A DNA stretch of 64,000 nucleotides from the NCBI GenBank assembly GCA_016180065.1, contig JACPBY010000013.1, positions 2,746-66,745 of the forward strand, in the 5' to 3' direction. The notes beneath the pieces are model-generated. The model was not told where the DNA came from and did not search any database. It was given only the letters and a program-made list of their open reading frames with translations. The stretch is from Candidatus Woesearchaeota archaeon (lineage in GTDB: Archaea > Nanobdellota > Nanobdellia > Woesearchaeales > UBA10216). Made by a program: the position numbers and the translations under genes. Position 1 is the first letter of the stretch, and each line of letters opens with the position of its first letter. Below, in pieces: positions 1 to 9,736 of this stretch.

Positions 1-196
1 CTCATGATGAGAACTGTCAACAGCAGCGAGATTACAAAAAAGATGACCGAATACCGTATGACAAGCCTGATGTTGCCCACCTTCCCGCCTTCTATGGCAA
101 AATTTATGGAACTTTTCAAAGAAGAACAACTGCAACATTATAAACTTTTTCGTGTTAATCCCAAAAGCAGCCATACTTTGGTTGGCGGGTTTTGAA

Positions 197-269
197 TGGG
201 CTCGCCCAGATTCGAACTGGGGACATCTTCCACGTCAAGGAAGCATCATAACCACTAGATCACGAGCCC
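197..269 (-). tRNA. tRNA-Val (anticodon GAC)
   Basis: Reverse complement folds as a cloverleaf: acceptor GGGCUCG/CGAGCCC, D-loop with GG, anticodon arm CUUCC-UUGACGU-GGAAG, T-arm CCCAG-UUCGAAU-CUGGG, discriminator A. No encoded CCA. Confidence 0.9.
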
Positions 270-298
270 GAAACGGAGATGAGCGAAGTCTTAGGCGA

Positions 299-307
299 TT
301 TATAAAA
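299..307 (-). promoter_or_regulatory. TATA-box-like element upstream of tRNA-Val
   Basis: TTTTATAAA on the minus strand, about 30-38 nt upstream of the tRNA 5' end. The spacing fits an archaeal TATA box. Confidence 0.4.
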
Positions 308-376
308 TCTGCGGTTTCCTGCCGGAAATGAAACAAAAATAAAGAAAAAAGAAAGAAAAAGAAGCCCTTGCCCGCC

Positions 377-769
377 TTACTTGCGCTCGGCAAGCACGAA
401 TATGGACTTCAGCGCTACAACGATGGTTGCCGGCACGACAAACACAAGGATTGAGTCAAGCATTGACCCAAGGTACATGCCAACCTGCACCACGCCGCTT
501 ACCACTGAGCCGCCCAGTGCTGCAACGAGCACAAGCGCGACCGATGCAAGCAGGAAAGAGTTTGTTTCTTTCATGGTAACGTTAAGCAGCCCAACTATCG
601 TGCCCAACAGCACGAGGAATGATGTTACTGTAGGGTTTGCCCTGTCTGGCAAAAGGGCTCCTGTAATCAGGGCAATGACAACACCCAGCAGGAAAGCCCA
701 GCTACCTACTGCCTGTAAAGAGCTATCTGAAGCTTTAGCCACTGAACCAGCTTTAGCCATTTTTTGCAC
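377..769 (-). CDS. small integral membrane protein (hypothetical)
   Basis: 130-aa ORF with about four hydrophobic helices (LLGVVIALITGALL, FLVLLGTIVGLL, LLASVALVLVAALGG, ILVFVVPATIVVAL). The antisense ORF 381-782 is S/T/P-rich and less plausible. Confidence 0.6.
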   Translation of the reverse strand: MQKMAKAGSVAKASDSSLQAVGSWAFLLGVVIALITGALLPDRANPTVTSFLVLLGTIVGLLNVTMKETNSFLLASVALVLVAALGGSVVSGVVQVGMYLGSMLDSILVFVVPATIVVALKSIFVLAERK

Positions 770-905
770 CCTCCTTTTTTAGTTTTTTTGGCTTCTAACC
801 GCTTAAACCTGCTGGATGTTCTTGCGTTGCTTAGTATTTAAACTTTATGGTGGACTAGTCGTATAATGAGGCAATGGCTGAGCCAGCAAGTTCTCAAGAA
901 ATAAG

Positions 906-1253
906 TCATGACATCTTATACACGATTACTGTTGGCATTTGTTCTGAAAGCGAGGAAAGCCGCGCTGCAAGTTTTTTTATAACACCAAGAACTTCCCGTA
1001 GTTCCCAGTTCATTATGCCTTCTCGCTCTTCAGCCATTGCTATAAAGGAAAGCTTTTTCTGGAGGTCTTCAAGGTATGCAAGATGGTCCATGCATTCTGA
1101 GCGTTCATTGTAACTGCCTGCATCCATGCTGTGCTCAATCTCCGCAAGGCTGCGCGCCTCATAATCCGGCAGGGCGTAAGCCTTTTTGCTGTAGCTGCGC
1201 CTCAGGTCACTAAGCGAATACCCGTACTCAACATCATAGTCCTCAAATGCCAT
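906..1253 (-). CDS. hypothetical protein
   Basis: 115-aa ORF with balanced composition. It is preferred over the overlapping plus-strand 79-aa ORF, which is S-rich. Confidence 0.45.
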   Translation of the reverse strand: MAFEDYDVEYGYSLSDLRRSYSKKAYALPDYEARSLAEIEHSMDAGSYNERSECMDHLAYLEDLQKKLSFIAMAEEREGIMNWELREVLGVIKKLAARLSSLSEQMPTVIVYKMS

Positions 1254-1493
1254 CTTTTGCTCCCCGCTGTGTAAAGCTGTTGCGCCTGCTGTGCTATCCA
1301 GCGTCGTTTCTCAGAAAAACGGAAAAGCATCCGAACTTAAGCTTGATAAGGCTTTGAATCATAAATAACTTTGGCTTATATATTATAAAATTTATAAAAA
1401 ACAAGATTTTATAAAAATATTCGTAGTTTATAGAACGTACTGAACAAATACCTTGCAGATGCAAAATAAGCAATGCAAGGGAAGAATAAGAAA

Positions 1494-1566
1494 AGCCTCT
1501 ACCGGGATTTGCACCCGGGACCTCGTCCTTACCAAGGACGCGCGCTAGCTACTGCGCCATAGAGGC
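1494..1566 (-). tRNA. tRNA-Thr (anticodon GGU), non-canonical T-loop
   Basis: Reverse complement: acceptor GCCUCUA/UAGAGGC, D-arm GCGC-AGUAGCUA-GCGC, anticodon arm CGUCC-UUGGUAA-GGACG, T-arm CCGGG-UGCAAAU-CCCGG (G at position 55). Confidence 0.85.
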
Positions 1567-1708
1567 ATGACCTTTTTAGGAAAAACAAGCTCAAGCATGG
1601 CTTGAGTTGCACCCCGCCCAGAAGGCTGGTGTGGGTCAATCAAAAAAACGTGTAAGAAGTTTTTATTTAAACTTAATTGTTGCATATGCCCTGAGTGATT
1701 AATTGCAG

Positions 1709-2248
1709 TCACAGCTTCAGCAGCTCGGGCCTTCTCATTGCGCCGTACTCGTACTGGTAAAGGTTCAGGAAGGCCTTGATTGTTGCGTTGAGCTGGAGGC
1801 AGTTCTCAACAAGGAGCTCCTCATACTGCGTGCTGTAAGTGCGGTAGATGAACTTGTCAAACAAAGTGCGGATGAAGAAGTAGAACGGCTTTGCCTCCCA
1901 CCTGTCTTCGTAGTCTGTGTCAAGGTAGCCGTCCATGACTATCGTAATCTTGCCTTTGTTGAGCGTTGTCCTGATTCCATCATTTTCAACCACAACGTCT
2001 TTCATGTTGAGTATCCTGATGTTCAGCCTGATAACGTGCCTGGCGTAGTCTGTTATCTTCTTCCACGGCAGGAGCTCAAGGTCTATGTACCTGCCTCCCG
2101 GCTTCACATGCTCCTGGTTCCTGGCTTCCCTGGTGTCAAAGCCCTTATCCTTGAGCCACTGGTTCATCAGCGAGTATAGCTCGTGAAGGTTAAACAGCCC
2201 CTCATAGCCCAGTTTCATGTGGTCAATGACCAGCCTTCTTTCGCCCAT
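1709..2248 (-). CDS. hypothetical protein, tandem paralog A
   Basis: 179-aa ORF. It aligns by eye with the adjacent 216-aa ORF (F.L..LY..M..W.K...F...E, then a beta-rich block ending in an aromatic-rich helix). Confidence 0.65.
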   Translation of the reverse strand: MGERRLVIDHMKLGYEGLFNLHELYSLMNQWLKDKGFDTREARNQEHVKPGGRYIDLELLPWKKITDYARHVIRLNIRILNMKDVVVENDGIRTTLNKGKITIVMDGYLDTDYEDRWEAKPFYFFIRTLFDKFIYRTYSTQYEELLVENCLQLNATIKAFLNLYQYEYGAMRRPELLKL

Positions 2249-2250
2249 TT

Positions 2251-2901
2251 TTACCTTGCCCCGAACTTCAGGAATTCTTTAAGCGTTCCGTAAAGGTCGT
2301 AAAGCTCATAATAAAGCCTGTCCCAGTAAAGACCCTGGACTTCCCTCAGTATAATCCACCTTTGGAAAACCCTCAGGATTCTTCTTTCGATGTTTGTAGC
2401 TGTCCATCTCTTCTGGCCAAAAATGTCAGCATAAGGTGCCTCTATGTCCCCATCCACGGTTACTATCATCCTGACGTTTGCCATCTTCTTTTTCCTGCCG
2501 TTTTGTATGACCTCGACATTGTAGTCTCCCCACATGTGCACATAGACGAACACAAGCTCCTTCACGAAGCTTGTCCTTTTCCTCTCAGCCTCCCACTCAA
2601 TCCTCAGCTCAGGCGGCTTTGACTTGTAAAGCTTCTCGTGCAGCTCAAACCTTCTTTCCTTAAACCACAGTGCCATTGTCTTGTAAAAGCCGTCAAGGTC
2701 AAACATGCCCTTGTATTTTATCCTGTGGGTGTACCAGCCCTGCCTTGTGCTGTAAGGAGCTGCTTTTGGCATGTGCACAGGCAGCGGCCCTTTGGCTGGC
2801 AGGCCTTCCTCCTCTTTCTTCACGCCTAAAACAGGGATAGCCTGCATTATACTTTGCAGAAGACCTCTTTTTGCATCAGCCATGCGGCATATTGTTGGCA
2901 A
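2251..2901 (-). CDS. hypothetical protein, tandem paralog B
   Basis: 216-aa ORF ending 3 nt upstream of paralog A, with the same domain pattern plus an N-terminal extension. Confidence 0.65.
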   Translation of the reverse strand: MPTICRMADAKRGLLQSIMQAIPVLGVKKEEEGLPAKGPLPVHMPKAAPYSTRQGWYTHRIKYKGMFDLDGFYKTMALWFKERRFELHEKLYKSKPPELRIEWEAERKRTSFVKELVFVYVHMWGDYNVEVIQNGRKKKMANVRMIVTVDGDIEAPYADIFGQKRWTATNIERRILRVFQRWIILREVQGLYWDRLYYELYDLYGTLKEFLKFGAR

Positions 2902-2929
2902 AATTGTTTATAAACGTTTCGGATTCGGC

Positions 2930-3517
2930 TCAGTAGAACCCTATGCTGGAGACGAACCTTTTCCTGCTTCCCGAGCATTTTGTGCAGAGAAAATCCCCTT
3001 CAACGTCATAAAGCTTCGGGAAGAACTGGCCGCAGTTGTCGCATGTTCCCTCAAGGGGGTAGCGGCCGCCGGTAAGCTTCTGCTCCTCCTCTCTCAGGAC
3101 AAGCTTGTCAACCAGCAGCTCGAAGAGCTGGGGCTGAATCTTAAGAATGTCCTTCATTGTCAGCAGGCCCACAAGCTTGTTGCCATTCTCACGGTCAATG
3201 ACTGGCAGTTGCCTGATTTCGTAATCATGCATGAGCATGAGTGCATCATAAATGTCCTTTTTCGGCTCAATCACAGGCACGTTCGTGAGCATAACATCCG
3301 CAGCAGTTGTAGAATCCACGTCCAGCCCTTCAGCAAGAACTTCTCTTATCAGGACATCGTCAGTTATGTGCCCTTTTAGCAGGTCGTTTTCCTTAACCAC
3401 GAGGGAGCTGACGTTGCTGTCACGCATAAGCCTTGCGCATTCCCGCACGGCCATGGCAGGGCTTACAGCAATGGGCTTCCTTGTCATGAGATCGCAGACT
3501 TTGTAGCCGGTTTGCAC
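2930..3517 (-). CDS. CBS-domain pair protein with C-terminal zinc ribbon
   Basis: Two CBS-like repeats (VCDLMTRKPIAVSP...SSLVV; AADVMLTNVPVIEP...RQLPVID...GLLTMKDIL) followed by CDNCG...CTKC. Confidence 0.85.
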   Translation of the reverse strand: MQTGYKVCDLMTRKPIAVSPAMAVRECARLMRDSNVSSLVVKENDLLKGHITDDVLIREVLAEGLDVDSTTAADVMLTNVPVIEPKKDIYDALMLMHDYEIRQLPVIDRENGNKLVGLLTMKDILKIQPQLFELLVDKLVLREEEQKLTGGRYPLEGTCDNCGQFFPKLYDVEGDFLCTKCSGSRKRFVSSIGFY

Positions 3518-3618
3518 GTTGTTCCCCCTCTCTTAATGCCCAAAACCTTTTCATTAATAAACTTAATGATGCAAATTTATATAAAACTTAATAAGCACTG
3601 AAAAATACCGATTCACGC

Positions 3619-3759
3619 ATGGTTGCTGCAGCTGCAGATGCAAACGCAGGGCATGGGCCTGAGCTTTGCCCAAGATGCCATGAGGTAATGGTTGAGGCAT
3701 ACTGCAAGGTAACCTGCGTTAACTGCGGATTCATGCGGGACTGCAACGACCAGTGGTAA
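3619..3759 (+). CDS. small Cys-rich zinc-ribbon-like protein (46 aa, below the ORF-track cutoff)
   Basis: Manual translation gives MVAAAADANAGHGPELCPRCHEVMVEAYCKVTCVNCGFMRDCNDQW. It contains CxxC and CxxC pairs and ends 2 nt before the next ORF start. Confidence 0.35.
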   Translation: MVAAAADANAGHGPELCPRCHEVMVEAYCKVTCVNCGFMRDCNDQW

Positions 3760-3761
3760 AA

Positions 3762-4361
3762 ATGAGATTTCACCAACCACAGCAAGAAGGCAACAACAGC
3801 AAAAATAGCCTTGCTGAGGCAGTTGCGGAAGAGCACCCAAAACACCTTGCTGCTGTTGCCGAGCAGCAGATAATGGCAATGCACAGCCATCGTGATGGCA
3901 GCCAGGTTGAGCTGCACCAGCTCGGCTCTCAGGAATTCATACAGCAGTCCATTGGCAGTAGCCTGGAAGGGAAGCTGTCAAGCAGCAATTTCAGCGGCGA
4001 AAGCGATTCCGAAAAACAATTCTGGCAGAAGCAGAATGACTTGAGCGCTGTAAAGATTGAATACGAAAAGAAGCAGTCGCAGAACCAGCCTCACCAGATG
4101 TACGGCAACCAACAGTCAGTTACCGGCGCAGCAGGGGCACGGCATGACACGATAATGATGGGCTGCAATTGCGGCTCAGAATGGACAGTAACAGGCCAAA
4201 GCATGAGCGGTGATAAAAGCGATGGCTCGGCCGGTGCAGGGTTTGCTGTCAAGGTGGAGGCCTATGTCTCGGGAGCAGCGCAGGCAGCAGGCTATGCTGT
4301 TTCAGGAGGCAAAAACCCGAAATACGGGGCACCAGGCTCGCAACAGGAAGACTACAGATAA
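3762..4361 (+). CDS. hypothetical Q/S/G-rich protein
   Basis: About 199-aa ORF from the ATG at 3762. It is low-complexity, and competing antisense ORFs exist, so coding status is uncertain. Confidence 0.3.
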   Translation: MRFHQPQQEGNNSKNSLAEAVAEEHPKHLAAVAEQQIMAMHSHRDGSQVELHQLGSQEFIQQSIGSSLEGKLSSSNFSGESDSEKQFWQKQNDLSAVKIEYEKKQSQNQPHQMYGNQQSVTGAAGARHDTIMMGCNCGSEWTVTGQSMSGDKSDGSAGAGFAVKVEAYVSGAAQAAGYAVSGGKNPKYGAPGSQQEDYR

Positions 4362-4381
4362 CTTTTAACCTCCTGGCGTAA

Positions 4382-6460
4382 CTAGTAATTTACCAGAATC
4401 TCAATGTCCCTTCCGAATATCCTTTTCAGGTCCTCAAAGAGCTTCTCCCTGATGAATGTCCTCTGCGGGATGGCTTTGCTTGCAAGGGCTGCCTCAAGCT
4501 CTTCCTGGCTTGACTCTGCTTCTGCAGCCAATCCGCCTTCTTCTGTAATCTTTGCCTTTGAAACCTCTTTCTGCTGCTGGTCAACATCCCTCACTATGAA
4601 TGCGTCGGACTCGAGAAGCACGACCTCGCCAAACTTGTTGCCGTACTTCACCCTGACCTTTGCCCTTTCCAGCTCCCTGCCCCGCTTTCTCTGGACATAC
4701 TCGAGAAGGGCTGTTGTGAATTCAGCAGAGTCCTTCTTGACCTTTTCAATCTCTGCCTTGTTGAGCTTCTTTGCCTCGTAGTCCTTCTTGGCCTTAATTA
4801 TGGCATTCAGCATTCTCAGGTACTTCACGCCTATCCTGTTCTTGCTTATCAGCTCGTCCTCAAAAGTGCTGACCAGCTCTGTGTCATCAACCTTCTCAAT
4901 CCCCTCCAGCTTGAGGGCGTCCCTTATCATTGTAACGGCAGTGTCGTATGACCTGATTATGCCTTCCTCTTCCTTCACCTGCTGGATTTCCTTGAACAGC
5001 CCTCCAATCCTCTTAAGGTATTTGTCGCAGTCGGCAAGGAGCTTGTCAACCTCAACTCCTGTTATGTCTTTCCTGTCGCCGTGCTCAAGGTCCTTCCTGA
5101 GCTTGATGACCGCTTCAAGAGTGCCAACATACTGCTCCTCAAGCAGCTTGCTGTTCTTCACGAAAATCTCCCTCACAACCTCAGGGGTTTCTTTTGGAGT
5201 GGGCGGGGGAATGCCGTAAAGCATGATTGCAGCCTGCGTGGGGGTTATGATTGACCAGAACAGGTCCTCCATGCCAATTTCCTTAAGCTTGAACCTCACC
5301 CTTTCAAGCAGCTGCTCCCCTGAGCTCATGTAAAGCTCAATGGCTTCAGAGCTTGGCTTCACCCTGCCCATCTGGAGGAGCTGCTTCCACGGCATGAAAA
5401 TGCCCCTGTCGTACAATGGGACACCGTCCCTCAGAAACGTGAAAATGATTGGGTTGGCGTCCTTGATTGATTCCCAGAAGTCAGTCAGGATGTAAACCTG
5501 GATGTTTATCTTATTTCTCACGCCGGTCATCTCGCCAGCCTCGATGCCCATGCCGATTATGATTGCCCTAAGCTTGTCCTTAAGCTCAATCCTTGACATC
5601 CTCTTGACATCAGTGTCGTCAACAACGATAAAGACGTCAATGTCTGACTTTTCAGTGGCCCTGCCCTGAGTCAGCGAGCCTGCAAGAACGTAGCTGACTA
5701 TGTAGCGCTCAAACTTCCTGATAACCATCTGCTTGTGGATTTCAGAGATTCTCACGGCTGCAAGCATGCCTGTATCGTAAATTGGAGCAGAGGTCGCAAT
5801 AAGCTGGACAAGGTCATACTTCCCGTCAAAGCAGTTCTGCCACAACTCTGAAAGGATTATGGACTGGACAACAAACTTCTTGTCAGCATCGGAAGCCATG
5901 CCCTGGATTATAGCGGTGAGCTTGGTTTTCAGCTCGTCCTTGGTCATCTTCTTGCTGTCAGAATCATCAATCAAAATGAGAATGTTGACCTGGTCCTGCG
6001 GAGGCAGTTGCTGCTGCAACTGCTGCTGCGATTGCAAATTTCCGTCTTCGCCGTTTCCTTCCTGCTGCTGTGGCTGCTGCTGAATTGGCTGCATCTGTGC
6101 CATCTGCGGCTGCAGCGTCGGGGGAAGCTGGCCTGGCGCAAACATGCCTGGCTGCTGAGGCATTGGAGGGGGAAGCAATGCAATGCCCATGACATACTTG
6201 TCAAACTTCGCAAGAAGGGCTCCTTTGAACTTGTCAAGCTTCACCTTCATCTCGCGAAGCTTCTCCTGCGCCTCCTTCGGCAGCTTGGATGCCAGAAGCT
6301 CGAATTCATCAACTGCCGCTGCAGCTGATGTGGCTGCGGCTCCGGCTGCTTTCTCAATCTCAGAAGCATCATACTTCGGCTTCTCATCAACTGCTGCAGC
6401 AGGAGCTTTGTAATTGCTGACGTTGCCGCCTTTACGCGTGCCACTTTTCTTTTTCGCCAT
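4382..6460 (-). CDS. large nucleotidyltransferase-domain protein (Pol-beta superfamily) with a P/Q-rich linker
   Basis: 692 aa. It has a GS-x9-SDIDVFIVVDD NTase signature preceded by a degenerate duplicate (ILILIDDSDSKKM...), a PQ-rich low-complexity segment, and a long helical C-terminal half. Confidence 0.75.
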   Translation of the reverse strand: MAKKKSGTRKGGNVSNYKAPAAAVDEKPKYDASEIEKAAGAAATSAAAAVDEFELLASKLPKEAQEKLREMKVKLDKFKGALLAKFDKYVMGIALLPPPMPQQPGMFAPGQLPPTLQPQMAQMQPIQQQPQQQEGNGEDGNLQSQQQLQQQLPPQDQVNILILIDDSDSKKMTKDELKTKLTAIIQGMASDADKKFVVQSIILSELWQNCFDGKYDLVQLIATSAPIYDTGMLAAVRISEIHKQMVIRKFERYIVSYVLAGSLTQGRATEKSDIDVFIVVDDTDVKRMSRIELKDKLRAIIIGMGIEAGEMTGVRNKINIQVYILTDFWESIKDANPIIFTFLRDGVPLYDRGIFMPWKQLLQMGRVKPSSEAIELYMSSGEQLLERVRFKLKEIGMEDLFWSIITPTQAAIMLYGIPPPTPKETPEVVREIFVKNSKLLEEQYVGTLEAVIKLRKDLEHGDRKDITGVEVDKLLADCDKYLKRIGGLFKEIQQVKEEEGIIRSYDTAVTMIRDALKLEGIEKVDDTELVSTFEDELISKNRIGVKYLRMLNAIIKAKKDYEAKKLNKAEIEKVKKDSAEFTTALLEYVQRKRGRELERAKVRVKYGNKFGEVVLLESDAFIVRDVDQQQKEVSKAKITEEGGLAAEAESSQEELEAALASKAIPQRTFIREKLFEDLKRIFGRDIEILVNY

Positions 6461-6648
6461 CTCTTCTGGCGTGATTTGGGAGACTATTTAAATGTTTGGT
6501 GATGCTGATTTTGATCGATTCCTGTCAAGTATTTACAAGAAAGTGATTAATGCAGAAAAACTTTAAATACATGGGCTTAAGGAGGATTCGTTGACTATGC
6601 GTTTTATTTCGTTAAGCGAATAAAAATAAATCGCGAGGTGTTTGAAAA

Positions 6649-7353
6649 ATGACAATTGATGACATACTGGATAAGGCACTTTCCCCTGAGCATGGGCGCA
6701 CAGCTGCAGAATTACAGGAATATATTTCAAACATACGCGTTCCCCTGCTTATTGACTTCTTTAAGCAAGGAATGACCCCTGCCGACAGGGCAGCCTTTGA
6801 ACACCTCCCAATACAGGACCAGGCAAAGCAATTGCAGGATAAGCATTACATGCTAAAGCCAGACTTGGCGGAGAAATTTGTCAATTACCTTTCTGTGGCT
6901 GTTCTCAAGAGGATAAGCACGCCCATGGGCAGCCAGCTGGAGACGGCTATTGCAAGGATGAATGACGCTACTCTGAGCGTAAATGACAGACATGCGGCTG
7001 CTGTAGAAGTAGAGCATCTACATACCATATTACACAGCTACGGTTTTAACCCTGCTGAGATGATTGAAAAGGGAAGAAAAGAAGGCTTCAGCCCACAGCT
7101 TTGGAATGACTCCCTGAAGAACTTGGGCGAGTATTACAGAATTAAGCAGCAGAATGCTGCAATGGCCTTAGTAACCCCTGATCAGGCAGAGCACTACCTG
7201 ACAACAACAGTAAATCCTGCCACAGGGCTTAAAGTAACTGATGTAAAAGCTGAAGGAATTGCGGCAATGAAATCAGTAGCCCTGTTGTTCAGGCAATATC
7301 AGAAAGGCGGAGACGTTGAAGGCTTCAAGAAACAGATGCACCAGTACCATTAA
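6649..7353 (+). CDS. hypothetical protein
   Basis: 234-aa ORF with normal composition and an AGGTG-like motif upstream. No domain recognised. Confidence 0.55.
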   Translation: MTIDDILDKALSPEHGRTAAELQEYISNIRVPLLIDFFKQGMTPADRAAFEHLPIQDQAKQLQDKHYMLKPDLAEKFVNYLSVAVLKRISTPMGSQLETAIARMNDATLSVNDRHAAAVEVEHLHTILHSYGFNPAEMIEKGRKEGFSPQLWNDSLKNLGEYYRIKQQNAAMALVTPDQAEHYLTTTVNPATGLKVTDVKAEGIAAMKSVALLFRQYQKGGDVEGFKKQMHQYH

Positions 7354-7459
7354 GCCTAATTTTTTCTTTCATCTTTTTTATTTTACAAACCTATAAATAC
7401 CACTGCGCCGCTGCGGGTAAGCTGGGCAGCATTTGTAGGCGGCTCGGTGAGTTTTTGAA

Positions 7460-9421
7460 ATGGCAGCAGCAAATGATAAGAAGAGCGGCAAAGGCGATGC
7501 TAAAGCTTCAGCAGCCGCAAAAGAAGAGATTAAAATCACATTTCCTGACGGCGCTTCCAGGGAGTTTCTGAAAGGCACAACACCCCTTGAGGTAGCCAGA
7601 ACAATCAGCCGCGGCCTTGCTGAGGAGGCTGTCGCTGCGAAGGTGAATGGCGTCCTGTGGGATTTGACAAGAGCGATTGAATGTGATGCATCACTGCAGC
7701 TGTTGAAGTTTGATTCTGCAGAGGGAAAAAGCGTGTTCTGGCATTCTGCTGCCCATATCATGGCGCAGGCAATTACCAGGCTGTTCCCGTTTGCCAAGCT
7801 GACAATCGGCCCAACATTTGAAAGCGGCTTCTACTATGACATTGAGCATGAGCCATTCAAGCCTGACGACCTGGTGAAGGTAGAAGAGGAGATGGCCAAG
7901 GTTGTTGCTGAAAAGCTGGAAATGAAGCGGGATGTCCTGGCGAAGGAAGAGGCGCTGAAGCTGTTCAAGGACAACAGCTACAAGGTTGAGATAATAAACG
8001 AGGACGTGAAAACAGGAGAAGAAATAACCGCTTACAGGCAGGGAACCTTTGTTGACCTGTGCCACGGCCCTCATGTCCCAAACACCAGCTATGTGAAGGC
8101 GTTCAAGCTTACCAAGATTTCAGGAGCATACTGGAGGGGCGATGCAAAGAACAAGCCGCTTCAGAGAGTCTACGGCATAGCTTTCCCGAGCAGGAAGCAA
8201 CTTGACGATTACTCACTGATGCTGCAGGAGGCTGAGAAGCGCGACCACCGCAAACTCGGGAAAGACCTGGAGCTGTTCATGTTCCATGACTGGAGCCCCG
8301 GAAGTGCGTTCTTCCTGCCAAAAGGCACTGTAATCTACAATGAGCTGATAAGCTTTGTGAGAGAAGAATACCGCAAAAGAGGGTATAAAGAAGTTATTAC
8401 ACCTCAGCTTTTCAACAAGGCTTTATGGGAACTCTCAGGGCACTGGCAGCATTACAAGGAAAACATGTTTGTGCTGAATGTTGACAATGAGGAATTCAGC
8501 CTCAAGCCCATGAACTGCCCGAGCCATGTCCTGATGTTCAAGAGCAGGACAAGGAGTTATCGCGAGCTTCCATTAAGGATTGCGGACTTCTGCAACCTCC
8601 ACAGGAACGAGCTCAAAGGTGTTTTGGGAGGGCTGACAAGGGTGAGAAAATTCTCGCAGGATGACAGCCACATATTCTGCACAAATGAGCAAATCAGCTC
8701 AGAGATAATGCAGCTGCTGGACTTTGTGAAGTTCATTTACGTTGACACGTTCAAGTTTGAGTTCAAGACAAAGCTCAGCACAAAGCCCGAAAAATCAATG
8801 GGCGACCCCAAGCTGTGGGACCTGGCTGAAAAGGCGCTTGAAGACGCCCTAAAGGCGAGCAACCTGAAGTACGAGATAAAGGCGGGTGAAGGCGCGTTTT
8901 ACGGCCCAAAGATAGACTTTGACGTCCGCGATTCAATCGGAAGGGACTGGCAGCTTGCAACAATCCAGCTTGACTTCCAGATGCCGCTGAAAATGGAGGC
9001 AGAATATGAGGGGCAGGACGGCAAGAGGCACACCGCAGTAATGATACACAGAGCATTGCTTGGCAGCCTGGAAAGGTTCATTGGGGTGCTCACAGAGCAC
9101 TACGCAGGCAAATTCCCGCTCTGGCTTAGCCCTGAGCAGGTCAGGATTTTAACTGTTGCGGACAGGTTCAATGACTATGCAGGCAAGCTCAGGCAGAAAT
9201 ACCTTGATGCCGGAATAAGGGCTGAAGTTGATGACAAGGCGGAAAGCGTGCCCTACAAGGTAAGGGAGGCAGAGCTGGACAAGGTCAACTACATAATCGT
9301 TGTTGGAGAGAAAGAAGTGGCAGCCAAGACGGTAACTGTAAGGAAAGGAAAGGAACAGTGTACTGTGGATGCGGAGAAATTCTTGCAGCAGATATTGAGA
9401 GAGATAAAGGAAAAAGTATAA
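7460..9421 (+). CDS. thrS: threonyl-tRNA synthetase
   Basis: 653 aa. It contains an N-terminal TGS-like domain, an editing-domain HSAAHIMAQA motif, class II catalytic core motifs (FRNE-type HRNELKG, GEGAFYGPKID) and a C-terminal anticodon-binding domain. Confidence 0.97.
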   Translation: MAAANDKKSGKGDAKASAAAKEEIKITFPDGASREFLKGTTPLEVARTISRGLAEEAVAAKVNGVLWDLTRAIECDASLQLLKFDSAEGKSVFWHSAAHIMAQAITRLFPFAKLTIGPTFESGFYYDIEHEPFKPDDLVKVEEEMAKVVAEKLEMKRDVLAKEEALKLFKDNSYKVEIINEDVKTGEEITAYRQGTFVDLCHGPHVPNTSYVKAFKLTKISGAYWRGDAKNKPLQRVYGIAFPSRKQLDDYSLMLQEAEKRDHRKLGKDLELFMFHDWSPGSAFFLPKGTVIYNELISFVREEYRKRGYKEVITPQLFNKALWELSGHWQHYKENMFVLNVDNEEFSLKPMNCPSHVLMFKSRTRSYRELPLRIADFCNLHRNELKGVLGGLTRVRKFSQDDSHIFCTNEQISSEIMQLLDFVKFIYVDTFKFEFKTKLSTKPEKSMGDPKLWDLAEKALEDALKASNLKYEIKAGEGAFYGPKIDFDVRDSIGRDWQLATIQLDFQMPLKMEAEYEGQDGKRHTAVMIHRALLGSLERFIGVLTEHYAGKFPLWLSPEQVRILTVADRFNDYAGKLRQKYLDAGIRAEVDDKAESVPYKVREAELDKVNYIIVVGEKEVAAKTVTVRKGKEQCTVDAEKFLQQILREIKEKV

Positions 9422-9469
9422 ATATAAGTTATACTTTAGTACAACTTCTAGTATGACTGGTGATGCAGA

Positions 9470-9736
9470 ATGATGGCGAAGATGAGGATGGGCCCGAAAG
9501 GGCAGGTGGTTATCCCGAAGATGTTCCGGGATGATTTAGGGCTTAAGCCTGGCGCGAGCGTGGTTATGGACTATAATAAAAATAAGCTTGTCATTAGTAA
9601 GGCAGCTTCTGACTTTGTTGAACTAGCAGAATCAATAGCCAAGTCATCCCCTAAAGTGAAACTTACAATGGAAGATATAAGGAAGGGTTACTTCCAACAA
9701 CTGGATGAAAGGCATGCTCGCATACATAGACAGTAA
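9470..9736 (+). CDS. vapB: AbrB/SpoVT-type antitoxin (VapB)
   Basis: Has the GPKGQVVIPKMFRDDLGLKPG swapped-hairpin motif and overlaps the downstream PIN gene. Confidence 0.8.
   Translation: MMAKMRMGPKGQVVIPKMFRDDLGLKPGASVVMDYNKNKLVISKAASDFVELAESIAKSSPKVKLTMEDIRKGYFQQLDERHARIHRQ

Noticed and set aside
4-195. A 63-aa ORF at the window start.
   Set aside because: It has no recognisable motif and ends right at the tRNA-Val 3' end. It could be the tail of a truncated upstream gene or non-coding, and there is too little evidence to call it.
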